Assembly: GCA_964016885.1 (NCBI GenBank)
Contig: OZ024750.1
Coordinates: forward strand, 1,178,001 to 1,242,000
Length of the DNA stretch: 64,000 nucleotides
DNA from: Eledone cirrhosa
Lineage: Eukaryota
Direction of reading: 5' to 3'
The translations under genes and the position numbers were made by a program. Below the pieces are notes generated by a model that was given only the letters and a program-made list of their open reading frames with translations, ran no database searches and had not been told where the DNA came from. Positions within the stretch are counted from its first letter, which is position 1. Every line of letters begins with the position of its first letter. This document shows positions 1 to 12,634 of the stretch, one piece after another.

Positions 1-40
1 GAGCTGTTGATTTATATATTTATTTGTGTGTGTGCATGGT

Positions 41-130
41 CCCGAAACTCCCGAGGGAGTCTTAAGGGCGTCATTTTCACATACAGCATCTCTAGGACAT
101 CTTTTAAAGCCTGATAGAGCCCCTCTTCTC

Positions 131-134
<4 letters not shown>
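41..134 (+). mobile_element. Short element carrying the 3' half of a hammerhead motif (Penelope-like pLTR remnant)
   Basis: C-GAAA-CTCC-cgag-GGAG-TC at 43-61 gives GAAA, a 4-bp stem III and a GUC triplet. No CTGANGA upstream. A ~75-nt tail runs into (TA)n. Confidence 0.4.

Positions 135-197
<63 letters not shown>
135..197. repeat. (TA)n microsatellite, representative of dozens of (TA)n, (CA/TG)n, (GA)n and (TATG)n tracts across the window
   Basis: Directly visible. These tracts generate the IY/HT/CV/ER-repeat ORFs. Confidence 0.99.
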
Positions 198-203
<6 letters not shown>

Positions 204-471
204 AAAGAGGGAAACTCTCAAAAAAGAACCTACGGCTTCGGAAGCATCCGATGATGTTGACCAGTTCTCCTTTTCGGGTAGTGTTTTCGATGCTCAGAGA
301 GTGGGATTGATCGAGTGCAAGGCCTTTCCCCACTTTAAAAAAAGCCCTTCAAAGCGCAAACATTGCTTTTCAGGATCTTTTACAGGTTGTGTGGCTGGCC
401 GTAGCCTAAAAGTGCACCATTTTCTGTAATCTGACAAGAGATTGCAATACTCTTAGCAGAATTTGCAGCCA

Positions 472-553
<82 letters not shown>

Positions 554-1327
554 ACGTATGAACGGAAAACTTTATCCCTGTTGAAAATAGTTCCTGTCAA
601 TTTTTCTTTTATTCGTCCTTATATGTAACATAGTTTATAATAGGTGTTTATAAAGTAACACTGTTTTATCAAATGATTCTACTAGCGGCTTCATATGAAT
701 ATAATAGATCTTAACAAGATGACAAAAGTCGATACAATTCTGACGTTTTAGATTATATAGCTTCACTTTCCAAACGTCTGTTTTCTGCTTGTTGAGCTGT
801 TGATTTGTACATTTATTTTACTCGAAATAATTCACTTCTTTCCCTCAAATTCTTTGTGGATATTCACACTATTTTCTTATTCCTGTTTACTAAGTAATAA
901 TCTCGTTGAAACGAGAATATCAACAACAACAATTACAGCAATGACACCCAGACGTTTGAGAGTTATAAAAACCCAATAAAATAATATAAATGATATATAA
1001 AAGAAACGAAACATTAAAAGTGGAAGAAAAAATATGTAATGAAATTGAGAAATAATAGAAATTGGATTATTTCAATAGAGAGAAAACGAAATCAAACTGG
1101 GTGAACTTTTGAATTGACTAAAACGAACCTTTGTTTAAAGTGAGTTCGATGAAGTGAAGCTATCCTATTACTTCAATAGAAACAACAAAAAGGTTAGACG
1201 AGACAACCAAACAGGAGAATTTTCTACATGAACGTTTGACATGTTAGATGTAACAACCAAATGCCAAATCTCTGTAGAAATCACAGATCTCAACTTTACA
1301 TAAAGGCTTAATTGTTCAATGTATTTC

Positions 1328-1377
<50 letters not shown>

Positions 1378-1394
1378 TTTTAAAATATAGAAAT

Positions 1395-1446
1395 GGCTTC
1401 TACAGGACTAAATCTGTTTCATTCGAAGGAAATCATTAGGAAAGCC
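1395..1446 (-). ncRNA. Type I hammerhead ribozyme motif with a G5A core change
   Basis: Minus strand reads GGCTTTC-CTAATGA-T-TTC-cttc-GAA-T-GAAA-CAG-atttagtc-CTG-TA-GAAGCC. All three stems can pair (stem I with one bulge). Confidence 0.65.
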
Positions 1447-1523
1447 GACTGTCAATATGATATGGTGGTATTTATACATTTTCTGGTGTTAGGTGATTCG
1501 AATGGATGGAGGTCATTGGCTGA
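1447..1523 (-). promoter_or_regulatory. CCAAT + TATA Pol II promoter-like module directly upstream of the HHR
   Basis: Minus-strand CAGCCAATGA (CCAAT at 1519-1515) and TATAAATA (1476-1469), about 23 nt before HHR stem I. Confidence 0.45.
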
Positions 1524-1541
1524 TCGATTAAAATAATGGGA

Positions 1542-1643
<102 letters not shown>

Positions 1644-2199
1644 TAAAATATATATATACGTTTTGTGAAAGAGTGTGTACGCTTATGTTTTTCTCATTTT
1701 GGCAAATCTATAAGAAAGTAATTTGGTCATAGTTTTAGCTTTCTTTCTAGTCTCTGTTTCCTGTTTTCGTCTTTTATTTACATGATTTATATCAATATTT
1801 CTCGAGTGTCTGATAATTGGTAGTACTTAAAAATATTAAAAATATTACAGACTTTCTCTATATTGATTCAACATAAGAAATCGTTAAAAATACATTATAG
1901 TAATATTCTATGTATTATTGTAAATTGTAAAATGATTAAAATAGGCATTTCTTTCTATTTTAAAACAATGTTTAATCGTCCAAATAAAGAGATATATGTT
2001 TAGACCGCGTTTCTATTGCTTTCAATAAACAGTTATCAAATATGATTTATAAATTCTTATTGGTTCAATTGCTTTCCTTTTACTGAGGCAGAAACTGTCT
2101 TAGTGTTGGGGGGTTGTGAAGTGTTTCAAGTGTTTATTTTAAACAGAATCAGTTTCTGCTTGGAGGTAACTTCCTGGAATTTGGTCTTTGCCATTATTC

Positions 2200-2388
2200 G
2201 GTGAATTGGCAGTATCGGTAGAGGGTCGGACGCCATGATTTGACGTATAGAGTTACGGCCCTTGCCATTCTGAGTTCAAATCCCGCCTAGGTTAACTTTT
2301 TCTTTCATCCTTACGGGGTCGATAAAATAAAGTACCAGTAATGCACTGGGTAATTGGTGGCCTTGTGTCAAAAGTAGAAACAATTATT
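2200..2388 (+). mobile_element. tRNA-derived SINE family 1, near full length
   Basis: A-box-like TGGCAGTATCGG, B-box GAGTTCAAATCC, body TTTCATCCTTACGGGGTCGATAAAATAAAGTACCAG and tail AAAGTAGAAACAATTATT, shared with more than 10 copies in the window. Confidence 0.9.
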
Positions 2389-2490
2389 TCTCTTTATTTG
2401 GATTTCACATTTCTGGCGTAATTACGTTAATTTTAGAGTTCTACTCCTTGCGATAAATGTCGCCTGCTATAACAATAATATTATCCTTCA

Positions 2491-2521
<31 letters not shown>

Positions 2522-2618
2522 GATATATATATACATGTAACTTAATAGTTAAGACTTTTACAATAAACTAAATACATATACAGTATTATTGTATATACAC
2601 ATATTTATTCTCTCTCTG

Positions 2619-2674
<56 letters not shown>

Positions 2675-2858
2675 GATCACACACGAAGGGTGTGAATGGA
2701 TATAGAGAGACATGACAATATTGACTATAGGATGAAAGCAAATGGTGATATATACATATATATATATATATATCACCATTTACATATATATATATATATC
2801 ACCATTTACACACATATATATATATATATCACCATTTATATATTATATATATATCACC

Positions 2859-2903
<45 letters not shown>

Positions 2904-3339
2904 CATTTATATATATATATATATCAATATATATATATCACCATTTAATAAATATATATACATATGATATTCAAAACAACGAACAGCGGAGGACACATTT
3001 CGCACCTTTCCGACAGACAACCTTCCCCTCCCCCCGGAAAAAACCCCACAGTTGATGGATGTGAATCCAAAATATATAGGGACAATTAAATCTCTCCCAA
3101 GGTAACTCTATCTCGTGTTATTATTTTTATCCTTTACGCTCTTTCCTACATTCCTCTACACGCTACACATCTCAACCTACATTCACTTACATCTCTCTCT
3201 CCACCACCGGATCTTGTTACCCGGCGATTTACCCATCTGCATTGTTGAGGCTTCCAAAACGACCTAAAGAAATATACCTTATTATTCCACAATGCTTCAA
3301 GCAAACTTCAATACTCTCTTATATATATATATATATATT

Positions 3340-3456
3340 TATTAAAATAACAGATTACAGTTTAAGCAAAGAATCGCTGCTTTCACCCTTAATATTTGAT
3401 ATATATTTATCCTTATCGAGCCCTCTTTGGATTTTAGTCTTCAAATTTATTATTAT

Positions 3457-3496
<40 letters not shown>

Positions 3497-3560
3497 TAAA
3501 ATAACAGATTAAAGTTTAAGCAAAGAATCGCTGCTTTCACCCTTAACGTGATCTTCTGAA
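3340..3560. mobile_element. Cluster of short TA-associated repeat fragments (families B and C)
   Basis: Family B, ACAGATTAAAGTTTAAGCAAAGAATCGCTGCTTTCACCCTTAA, occurs twice here and again near 35230, 54120 and 54990. Family C, TATCGAGCCCTCTTTGGATTTTAGTCTTC, recurs near 35570, 53830 (-) and 59761. Confidence 0.7.
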
Positions 3561-4149
3561 ACTATATATACATGCATAATTTTCGTTGTTCAAAACAAGC
3601 ATCTTTATAAAACTATTTCTTTGAATTGTGAAGAAAATGAAGTGAAAAGGAGATAGCTTTGATTGTGGAGTTTCTGTATATTTAGTTCTTACGTCATTTA
3701 TTTTCATTCATTTTGGAATACCTTCTGAGATAAAAACTGGAATATCATTTAAACTGTAACATTAATTCTAAATCGTATTAATACTACAGTAAATCTCTAA
3801 CACAAACATAAGAAAAGAAATATATTACAAAACAAATAAACACAGAGTTTAAAAAGAAAACCATTTATGATGTGTTGGCTATCAGTAATAATAAGAGTTG
3901 GTATTTTCAAAACCTGTCTTTATACTACACACCCAAATGTTAGAACTAGCTTGATTTCACACGATATAACTTATCTTCTTCCATGATTTAAGTTCAATGA
4001 CTAACATGATACGTAAACATAATTTTCTGCTGTCTACTAATATATCATTAATTGTAGATGCCGGAGTGGTAAAGATACATAACATACCTATAAATATCTC
4101 GTTAATTCTAGCTGCACTCTTACATATATTTCAAAGCTCGCTGTATGAG

Positions 4150-4460
4150 TAGATATGGTTAAGGACGGAGCATGGCTCCCCAACTATGAGATTCCGGGTT
4201 CGGTCCCCATTGTATTGCATCTTGGGCAAATTTCTTTTATTATAGTCTCATGTCGTTCCAAACTTTAATCAAGAAAAGAGAATCCATTTGGAAGCCGGTC
4301 ATATTTGTCGTATATTGAGTCACGTTGTCTCAACCTATGAATTATGTTAAGAGTGCTGCTCGTGTCTGTGAAATTCTCAGCCAATTATACCTTGGTTTCA
4401 TAAGCAGGGTATTAAAAGGAAGATTTCTTGTGAATGAAACAGTTCTAGTTATGTAGAAGT
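4150..4460 (+). mobile_element. Degenerate long tRNA-derived SINE (family 3)
   Basis: GGGTTCGGTCCC B-box-like motif, CTTGGGCAA central motif and a tail related to the fragments at 12385-12466 and 37862-37930. A minus-strand head fragment lies near 21335-21450. Confidence 0.55.
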
Positions 4461-4476
4461 CATTTCTATAAGATGA

Positions 4477-4529
<53 letters not shown>

Positions 4530-4650
4530 CTTTGATAGGTTTCGGCCAGTAATGGCCAGGCCATGTCTAACATAATAGCACCACCTGGCGAAGTCTTACA
4601 AATCATATATATATATATATGTATATATATATATGTATATATATATGTAT

Positions 4651-4874
<224 letters not shown>

Positions 4875-5589
4875 AGTGAGAGGATAAAATTCCATTTGAT
4901 ATAGTATCGAGCTAATTAAAAATTAATGTGCAGTTTGAGAATGATGATTTACAGTTTTGAGATGAAGCATATATCACATGGGTGTGAATGATGTCTAGAC
5001 ATCGAAATAAATAAGACAGCTCATTGTAAACATATGTACACTCCCTATATATCTTTGTCACGATCTGGTTTGCTTTTTTTTTGTTTTTTTCAGAACCATT
5101 ATAGTTAGGAGTTATATTGTTTAGCAGTGACTTGATTTGATAGCACGTGTTAAAACTGCCGTTCTAGACATTATAAAAATCATAATATCTGTTATATTCA
5201 CTTTTCATAAATCTCGTGTTGTCAAAATTGTATTCTCACTTTTATTGACCTTGTCACGAACAAAGTTCTATTTCAGGGGAATAGTGCCAGTGACCATGTT
5301 CTAAAATGTGTGACGAAAATTCTGACAACAGGAAATAGAAAATAAATATAATAAATTTTGTGTGTTTTTTTAATGGTTAAAATGACACTTTTATGATATA
5401 GTTGTCGTTATAGTTGTATCACAATTTTGCAACTTCGTGGTGTTTGGTTTAAAACAATATGGTGTAATTTGAAGTAGATTTAGTTGCTATTTCTAGCAGG
5501 TCGAGTGACTAGATGGAGGCAAAAAATCTGGCTCAATGTGAAGGTAACTCGCAGAGTAAGGTGATTTAACAAACTAACCAAGTTAACCC

Positions 5590-5644
<55 letters not shown>

Positions 5645-5727
5645 ATATATATATATATAAACTAGTTCTTCAAGTTCAAACAGAGAACTATTTATTATTG
5701 GTTTCTATAAGAAAAGAAGGGTATTTC

Positions 5728-5837
5728 AAAGGCAAAGTTAACCTCGACGGGATTTAAACTCTGAACGTAAACAGACGTTATTATATGCCGCAAAACATGA
5801 TCTACACTACTCTCTCGATACTGCTAACCCATCGCCC
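5728..5837 (-). mobile_element. SINE family 1, diverged 5' part
   Basis: AAAGGCAAAGTTAACCTCGACGGGATTTAAACTC matches the reverse complement of the B-box/body. Confidence 0.75.
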
Positions 5838-6438
5838 TTCATAAGTCTAAATTGATACAAGGAAATACTATAAACATGGTAGAGATATTTGTCTTCCGAT
5901 GTCTTTAAATCTAAATAAGTAAATTTTCTTTCCTCAATGATACATTTACTTTCGATATTTCAAAGCTTGATTTCCTAACCTAGAAAATAATATTCCATGA
6001 TCACATATTATTGGTAATTAAATGAAACTTGACTCGAACGAACCAATAGCAAAAGAAGTTGACAATGATCAATAATTTGACTTGGCAGTAGCCATGACCT
6101 ATAGTGAAGAGAGAATTTGATTTTGTTTTTATTAAATCTGTTGGAGAGTTTTCACAAGAGCTTTACCTCATTGAGAAGTCATCAATAGAAAATGTCAACT
6201 GGAGAAATTATTCTGAACTTTATATTTGCTGTTCAGGTTTCAAGAATATTCAAATATTGTCATCATGCTCGGTTGGCTTGGAGAGTTGACCTCGTGACTT
6301 TCCTTAAAATCTTCCCTCCCCCCTGCGAAACAATTCTCTCACTAGCCTTCTTGTTTTATTACCTTTTTACCAGTTTATTCAGTATTATTTCCTATATTCT
6401 GATCCTGTCATACACCCACACACACACATATATATATA

Positions 6439-6634
6439 TAGGAAAAGAGTCAGGACCCGGACGGCTGAGCTCCGGCCGTTTCGACAGCTAGAGCGTCCGG
6501 ATCTAGCTGTCGAAATGGTCGGAGCTCAGCTGCCGGGCTCCTAACTCTTTTCCTATTACCCACTCTACTACCCTAAGTAGAGAGTACTCTGGTGTGTTAT
6601 GGTCCACCTGGTTCCTTACCACACTTCCTTAGTT
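6439..6634 (+). mobile_element. Family A element (HHR 3' half plus tail) with fold-back inverted 5' end
   Basis: Arms 6439-6492 and 6502-6555 are inverted. Tail CCTATTACCCACTCTACTACCCTAAG...GGTCCACCTGGTTCCTTACCAC. Flanked by (TA)n. Confidence 0.85.
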
Positions 6635-6775
6635 ATATATATATATATATATATATATTTATACCCAAGTGGAAGCTTAGTAAAATCGAAGCTTTGGCTG
6701 TGGCCGAGCTAACCCCCTACAATTAGGAATGAGTATCAAAGAACTCAATAAGGTTGCAGGCATTAGAGTAATAAC

Positions 6776-6977
6776 TGTTTCTACTTTTGGCACAAGGTCA
6801 GCAATTACCCAGTACATTACTGGTACTTTATTTTATCGACCCCGTAAGGATGAAAGGCAAAGTTAACCTCGGCGTGATTTGAACTCAGACCGTAAAGGGA
6901 CGTAACTATGCTGGAAAGCGTCCGACTCTCTACTGATACTGCCAATCCACCGCCCTTTACTGCCAATCCACCGCCCT
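6776..6977 (-). mobile_element. SINE family 1, full length, with 23-bp target-site duplication
   Basis: GTTGCAGGCATTAGAGTAATAAC occurs at 6753-6775 and 6978-7000. The SINE head TACTGCCAATCCACCGCCC is duplicated. Confidence 0.93.
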
Positions 6978-7057
6978 GTTGCAGGCATTAGAGTAATAAC
7001 ATACGTTTAGACAGCTTGACAAATTGAAAATTGCCCAAAACAACGAAAAAGCTAATC

Positions 7058-7133
<76 letters not shown>

Positions 7134-7142
7134 CACTGAGAA

Positions 7143-7189
7143 ACGATCGACAACGTTGTTTCTGGGTTATTGCCCCTTGTCAACATTGT
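7143..7189 (-). ncRNA. Hammerhead-like motif, U3-A8 core variant, with decayed stem I
   Basis: Minus strand reads TTGACAA-G-GGG-caataa-CCC-A-GAAA-CAACGTTG-TC, with a palindromic stem III and a GUC triplet. Confidence 0.45.
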
Positions 7190-7380
7190 GTACCTCTTTC
7201 TGTCACTCACAAGAACTCTGTATGTATGTATATATGTGCACAGTCTTTCCTCACTTTAAAAAATATCTTCACGCACAGGCATTGCATGATAGAATTAATT
7301 TATAATTATTAATAATGGTATATCGTGCAATGGCCATACTCGATAGCAAGGGGATAGCCATCATGTATGTATGTATGTAT

Positions 7381-7989
7381 TGTCAGGTCACCAGTTGGTG
7401 CTACTGGTAACATGTATCCCAGTACAACCTGTCTCATGGTCGGGTCGTTGGCGACTAAACTGGCAACCCCACCAAGGTTCTTTTGGTGAGGAGGGTGACT
7501 TTGGACATCCTGCAGGACTAAAAACAAAACCTGTCAAAGGGCAAAGGAGCTCTTAAGAGTCAATGACCATCCAAAATCACTGGGAGAGATGACCCCTTAG
7601 CCTTTGTCAAGGCAGAATTCTAGGAGAAGGAAAACTCTGATATAACACCTGCAGCCCTGATGGTATCCAATGATGTTGACTTGTTCTTTTTGGTAAATAT
7701 CATCTTGGTTAAGAGAGTGGGACTGGCTTTGTGCAGTGCCTTTGCTCACTATAAAAGCTTCACGGCACAGGCATTGCTTTATATCTGGAGATCTCTCTGC
7801 ACTTGTCGTCACATGGTACCATGGGCCCAGCACTATGTGTCAATAATTGTCACAAGTGTAGTGTTTGTACCAGAGTTTTCAAGTAGCTGGCTGGACTAAA
7901 AAGTCACACTCGTTCAGCGCATCAGTAGGGGTTCTCCTACATGGATATAAAGTAGTGGCCGTACTCGAAAACGAGTTGGCAGCCACCAT
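7381..7989 (+). mobile_element. ~610-bp interspersed repeat, copy 1 (non-autonomous element, possibly RTE-derived)
   Basis: Colinear and highly similar to 63007-63617, with the same ends. Contains CTAGGAGAAGGAAAACTCTGA. Embedded in (TATG)n. Confidence 0.85.
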
Positions 7990-8730
7990 GTATGTAGGTA
8001 TGTAGGTATGTATGTATGTATACACTTGTGTACGCATGTACGCATGTATGTATGTACACATGTACGCGTGTATGTATGCATGTATGTACGAACCTAGCTT
8101 TGACTCTCTCTCCCATTCATTATAATTTTCTGCTTTCTAACTTTTTTTCCCTTTCTTGTTATTTTATTTTCCAGTTCTCAAACTTTCAATTCGAATTATT
8201 TAGTCTTAAAAAAAACCACATTTACTGCAGATTGTGCGGGAATGCATGAAGATGTTTTGGTGCTAAAGCATAAAATAACTACCATTTGAATGACGAAAAT
8301 CCTCAAACCAGCTACACTATATTTATCGTAATACACTATATTATTACGCTAGCGCTCCAACCGTGACTTTATTTGTGCTGTTGTGGCATAATTATAGTCT
8401 TGAATATATTTTCCATTTATGCGACCGGAGAGAGAATTTTCACGCATATTTGGTTGCTATTTTTGTTATTTAACCCCAGGTTGTTTATGATTGAAGCTAA
8501 AATCACTTGATTTATTTCAATAACTGTGTTCCTTCAACCACATTATTTAATGTAAACTCTTGTAAAAGAAACTTTGGTGTTGTCTAGAAAAAAAAAAAAA
8601 TCTGGTTGCTAGTTCTATTCAATGATGCGCGATCGCATAGTAGCGACTATTTTCACTCTGATATCTTCCAGAGAATTCCACCAATTCACCCTCTCAACAC
8701 GTAATATTTTCGAAACATTGAGAAATATAT

Positions 8731-8806
<76 letters not shown>

Positions 8807-9891
8807 GTGTATATATATATACATATAATCCCAGAATACACCTCCAAGAACATTAACTCATTCTCTTCCACTGAATCTAAATAAACATGCACGAACATTG
8901 GATGGCCATTGCCAGAAATTCGGTCAAACGATGTCTGTTCGACACACGAAAGTATTTCTCACGTGTACGAGAAGGACAGTGGCTTCTAATGTACCTAAAG
9001 TGGGTTCTTAGGAAGCTATAAAATTACATGTCTCCTTATAAAGTTTTCACCAACCTTACATAAACGCCATCAAATAACCGCACAAATAACCCAGAGAAAT
9101 AATATTGACAATACCGATAAATACTCTCTTTAACATTTCAGGTATGTACAGAATACATTTAACTATAAACCCTTTACACACGAAAATATAGAATGTAACC
9201 ATGGCACACACGCACACACAAACACACCATACACACATACATACGCCCACATACACCCACCCACAACACACACATACATACATACACACACATGCACTCA
9301 TTCACACATGCACACTCTCACATAATAGAACATTAACTGCATTAAAAAAAATCTTTATGTAACAAAGATTTTATTGTTATTCAAGACATTCATGCAGCAA
9401 TAATTCAAGACACAGGTTTTACTACCAGAACACAGAATAAACACCATTCCAAATTGTACTCAAATCAGATGAGACAAACTTTTCCACGGTAGAGGGTGTT
9501 TTATAACATACATAAAAGTTTACATTCAATGTATAGATAGTAGAATTGGCGTTCGTAAATTGATATAAAGGGACGCTACTTTTTAAATGCTGGCTTTCAA
9601 TATAACAAAAAAATAGCAGCAACATGAAGCATGCTGAGATAATAAACCGATATATACCATCACTCACCTTAACATACTTAGCACCCAGATTAAACGCCCC
9701 AAATACAACATTTTAACTCTTTCATAAGCGTCACAATTAGGATAGGTATCAATATACTTAACACATTCTAGGTTTCAAATAGTTTAGATAACAAAAGAGG
9801 AAATACAACCTGTCACAACCCAACACAGGCAGATAGGGGAAATAAGAGGTGGTATTATCACAACTAAACTCTCTTTATATTCTATACAATC

Positions 9892-10011
9892 TACAAGGGT
9901 TGGCTGAAATGTTTATAAGTTGACTAGAAGGAGAGTAATGCTAGGGCTGTGAAATCTTGCATGCATTCATTTTAACTCTTCTTATTAATAACTGGATTGT
10001 TTCTTTCCAGG
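9892..10011 (+). mobile_element. Partial mariner-type MITE
   Basis: Matches the left half of 34171-34367 (GCTGTGAAATCTTGCATGCATT). Confidence 0.75.
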
Positions 10012-10133
10012 GACTATCTTGTGTCACGTAGTAGTGATGACGTGTTATATATACGCATTCAATTTAAGCACCTAGTCTCTCCCAATTCCAAGACCGGTCA
10101 GTGTGGTGAAAAGTCACATCCTACACAAGGTGG

Positions 10134-10640
10134 CTCTGATATAGCTATCATAGTATAGTCTAGCAGAACAGGTCAGATCTAGAGTCTCTGATATGGCTAT
10201 CATAGTATAGTCTAGCAGAACAGGTCAGATCTAGAGTCTCTGATATGGCTATCATAGTATAGTCTAGCAGAACAGGTCAGATCTAGAGTCTCTGATATGG
10301 CTATCATAGGATAGTCTAACAGAACAGGTCAGATCTAGAGTCTCTGATAAAGCTATCATAGTATAGTCTAACAGAACAGGTCAGATCTAGAGTCTCTGAT
10401 ATGGCTGTCATAGGATAGTCTAACAGAACAGGTCAGATCTAGAGTCTCTGATAAAGCTATCATAGGATAGTCTAACAGAACAGGTCAGATCTAGAGTCTC
10501 TGATATGGCTATCATAGGATAGTCTAGTAGAACAGGTCAGATCTAGAGTCTCTGATATGGCTATCATAAGATAGTCTAGCAGAACAGGTCAGATCTAGAG
10601 TCTCTGATATGGCTATCATAGTATAGTCTAGCAGAACAGG
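10134..10640. repeat. 52-bp minisatellite, ~9.7 copies
   Basis: Unit CTCTGATATGGCTATCATAGTATAGTCTAGCAGAACAGGTCAGATCTAGAGT. The first two unit starts are at 10134 and 10186. Confidence 0.97.
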
Positions 10641-10866
10641 TTGGATGTAGAGGAGTAAGTCTCGATAAAATTCCCGTTTGTCTCATGTCACAATCATGTT
10701 TAATTAGTTGACCTCGGTGTTGTGAACAGCAGTGGCTTCGCAGATGATCGACTGTAAATTTGACAATGGGTTGACAGCTCCTGTGGTGTGTTGAGCTGCA
10801 TATATTCCAGCCATTAGAAACAGCAAAATGAATGCTTCATGTTTGATGGAGGGATGGCTCAAGAAG

Positions 10867-10933
<67 letters not shown>

Positions 10934-12384
10934 TTGTGTGCGTTTGTGTGTGTGTGTGTGTGTGTGTATTTGGTGTGCGCGGAAGATGTCATTTAAATTC
11001 CTGAGTATATATATAATATATATAGGTGTGTGTGTGTGTGTCCGTGTGTGTGTGTGTCCGTGTGTGTGGGTGTCCGTGTGTGTGTGTATCCATGTCTGCG
11101 TGTGCGTGTATGTGTATGCGAATGTGTGTGGTGTGCAAAGCGGATGTAATTTAAATTCCTAGAATTAATCCTTAACTGAATACTGAACATATTGCAGATA
11201 TGTTTGTTTTTAACAAATATTTTAAATGAAATGTCGATGCAGACACATAAGACATAAAAGAGGGCAAAGAAAAGATTGAGATATATTTGAACAACCAAAT
11301 AACGTTCAAGCGATAACTTGACTCTATAGAAACAGAAATTGAATGATATTATAGTTTTAATGAAGAAAGGTAATTAATATCGCTATAGAGAGAGACAATA
11401 TTTTACACAGCTACCACATGTGTTTATATAACATAGTAAACTTCGCGTTTTAGCTACAGTGACAGCGAAGTAAGCCTCCCCGGTTTTGTTAAAAACACTG
11501 CGCCAAACCTCAGTCTATTAGCCAAGGCCTTGGAAATGGATGAATGCAAACGATAACAGAGTTATTGGTATATTATGTTAGAAAAGAAGACTGGGTGGTT
11601 ACGGTTGGAACGTCAGTTGAACATAGCATATTCGATACAGAGAAAAGTATTGAGCAGCAAGTGGTCCACCATCACGCGTGGACTGGATCTGAAGGCGATG
11701 GCTCCCAGGGAAACATTTATTAATATCGTTGAAAAATTAAGAATGTCATAGCAATTTACTCACACGCATAGAGACAGACAACACAAATCATTAGGAAATC
11801 CTTCATACAAACAAATTTCCAACCACACAACAAAACACGAGAAAAATCGAAGAAAAGAACTGTAATTATCCTCTTTATCACATCTACAGCTCAGCTCAGA
11901 ATGCGAAAATTCATTTAAATACTGCAAGAAACAAAATATCAAACTTGCACCACGTAATCATAACTCAACATTTAAATATACTGCAGCATAGCACGAAGAG
12001 ACCAAATAATACCTCTATGGGACAACAACAGCAGCATTATCATACACGACATGCTGATTGCTGTAATACAGAAAATATTACCATAAAATCACTACAGAAC
12101 TCATCAGATCCGAAATTATACACAATAGAAATAATGAAAAGAGAAAGGCGAGCAGTAAATGGTTATTGATTTGGCAAAAGAGGTTATGACTTTGGAGAAG
12201 GCCTTATGAGATGTATGAAATCCCTCTCAATAGAAAAACATGACACACGCCACTCAAAAACCAATATAATCATTCAAAAATAAAATACAGAAATATGACA
12301 CCAACACCCTCAAACTTCTCACCATCATTAGAAATAACAACTAATCACATACAAATCATATTCTGAAAAAAACTCCAACAAAAA

Positions 12385-12634
12385 CTGAGGCACTCCCTCG
12401 GTTACGACGATGAGTGTTCCAGTTGATCCGATCAATGGAACAGCATGCTCATGAAATTAATGTGCACCTATTATTACATCTTATAATACTAGTTTAAACC
12501 CCGCCGAGGTTAACTTTGCCTTTCATCCTTACGGGGTCGATAAAATTAAGTATCAGTTACGCACTAGGGTCGATTTAATCGACTTTCCCTTCCCCTAAAT
12601 TGTCGGCCTTGTGCATAAATCAGAAACCATTATT
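12385..12634. mobile_element. Adjacent SINE fragments: family 3 tail and a long-tailed family 1 variant
   Basis: GGTTACGACGATGAGTGTTCCAGTTGATCCGATCAATGGAAC, then CCCGCCGAGGTTAACTTTGCC with an extra GGGTCGATTTAATCGAC segment. Confidence 0.75.

Noticed and set aside
1-818. GAGCTGTTGATTT...ATTTATTT near-duplicate at 1-25 and 794-819 as a TSD
   Set aside because: The left copy is cut by the window edge and the enclosed sequence is not one recognisable element.
2200-2290. tRNA genes at SINE heads
   Set aside because: A/B boxes are present, but no cloverleaf could be built and each continues into a SINE body.
10134-10640. CRISPR-like array
   Set aside because: Head-to-tail repeats without unique spacers, no cas genes, and a eukaryotic context.
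11300-12370. Possible L1/Tx1 3' remnant (PNLSLLAKAL; A-rich strand)
   Set aside because: Too degraded to support by eye. Needs a translated search.
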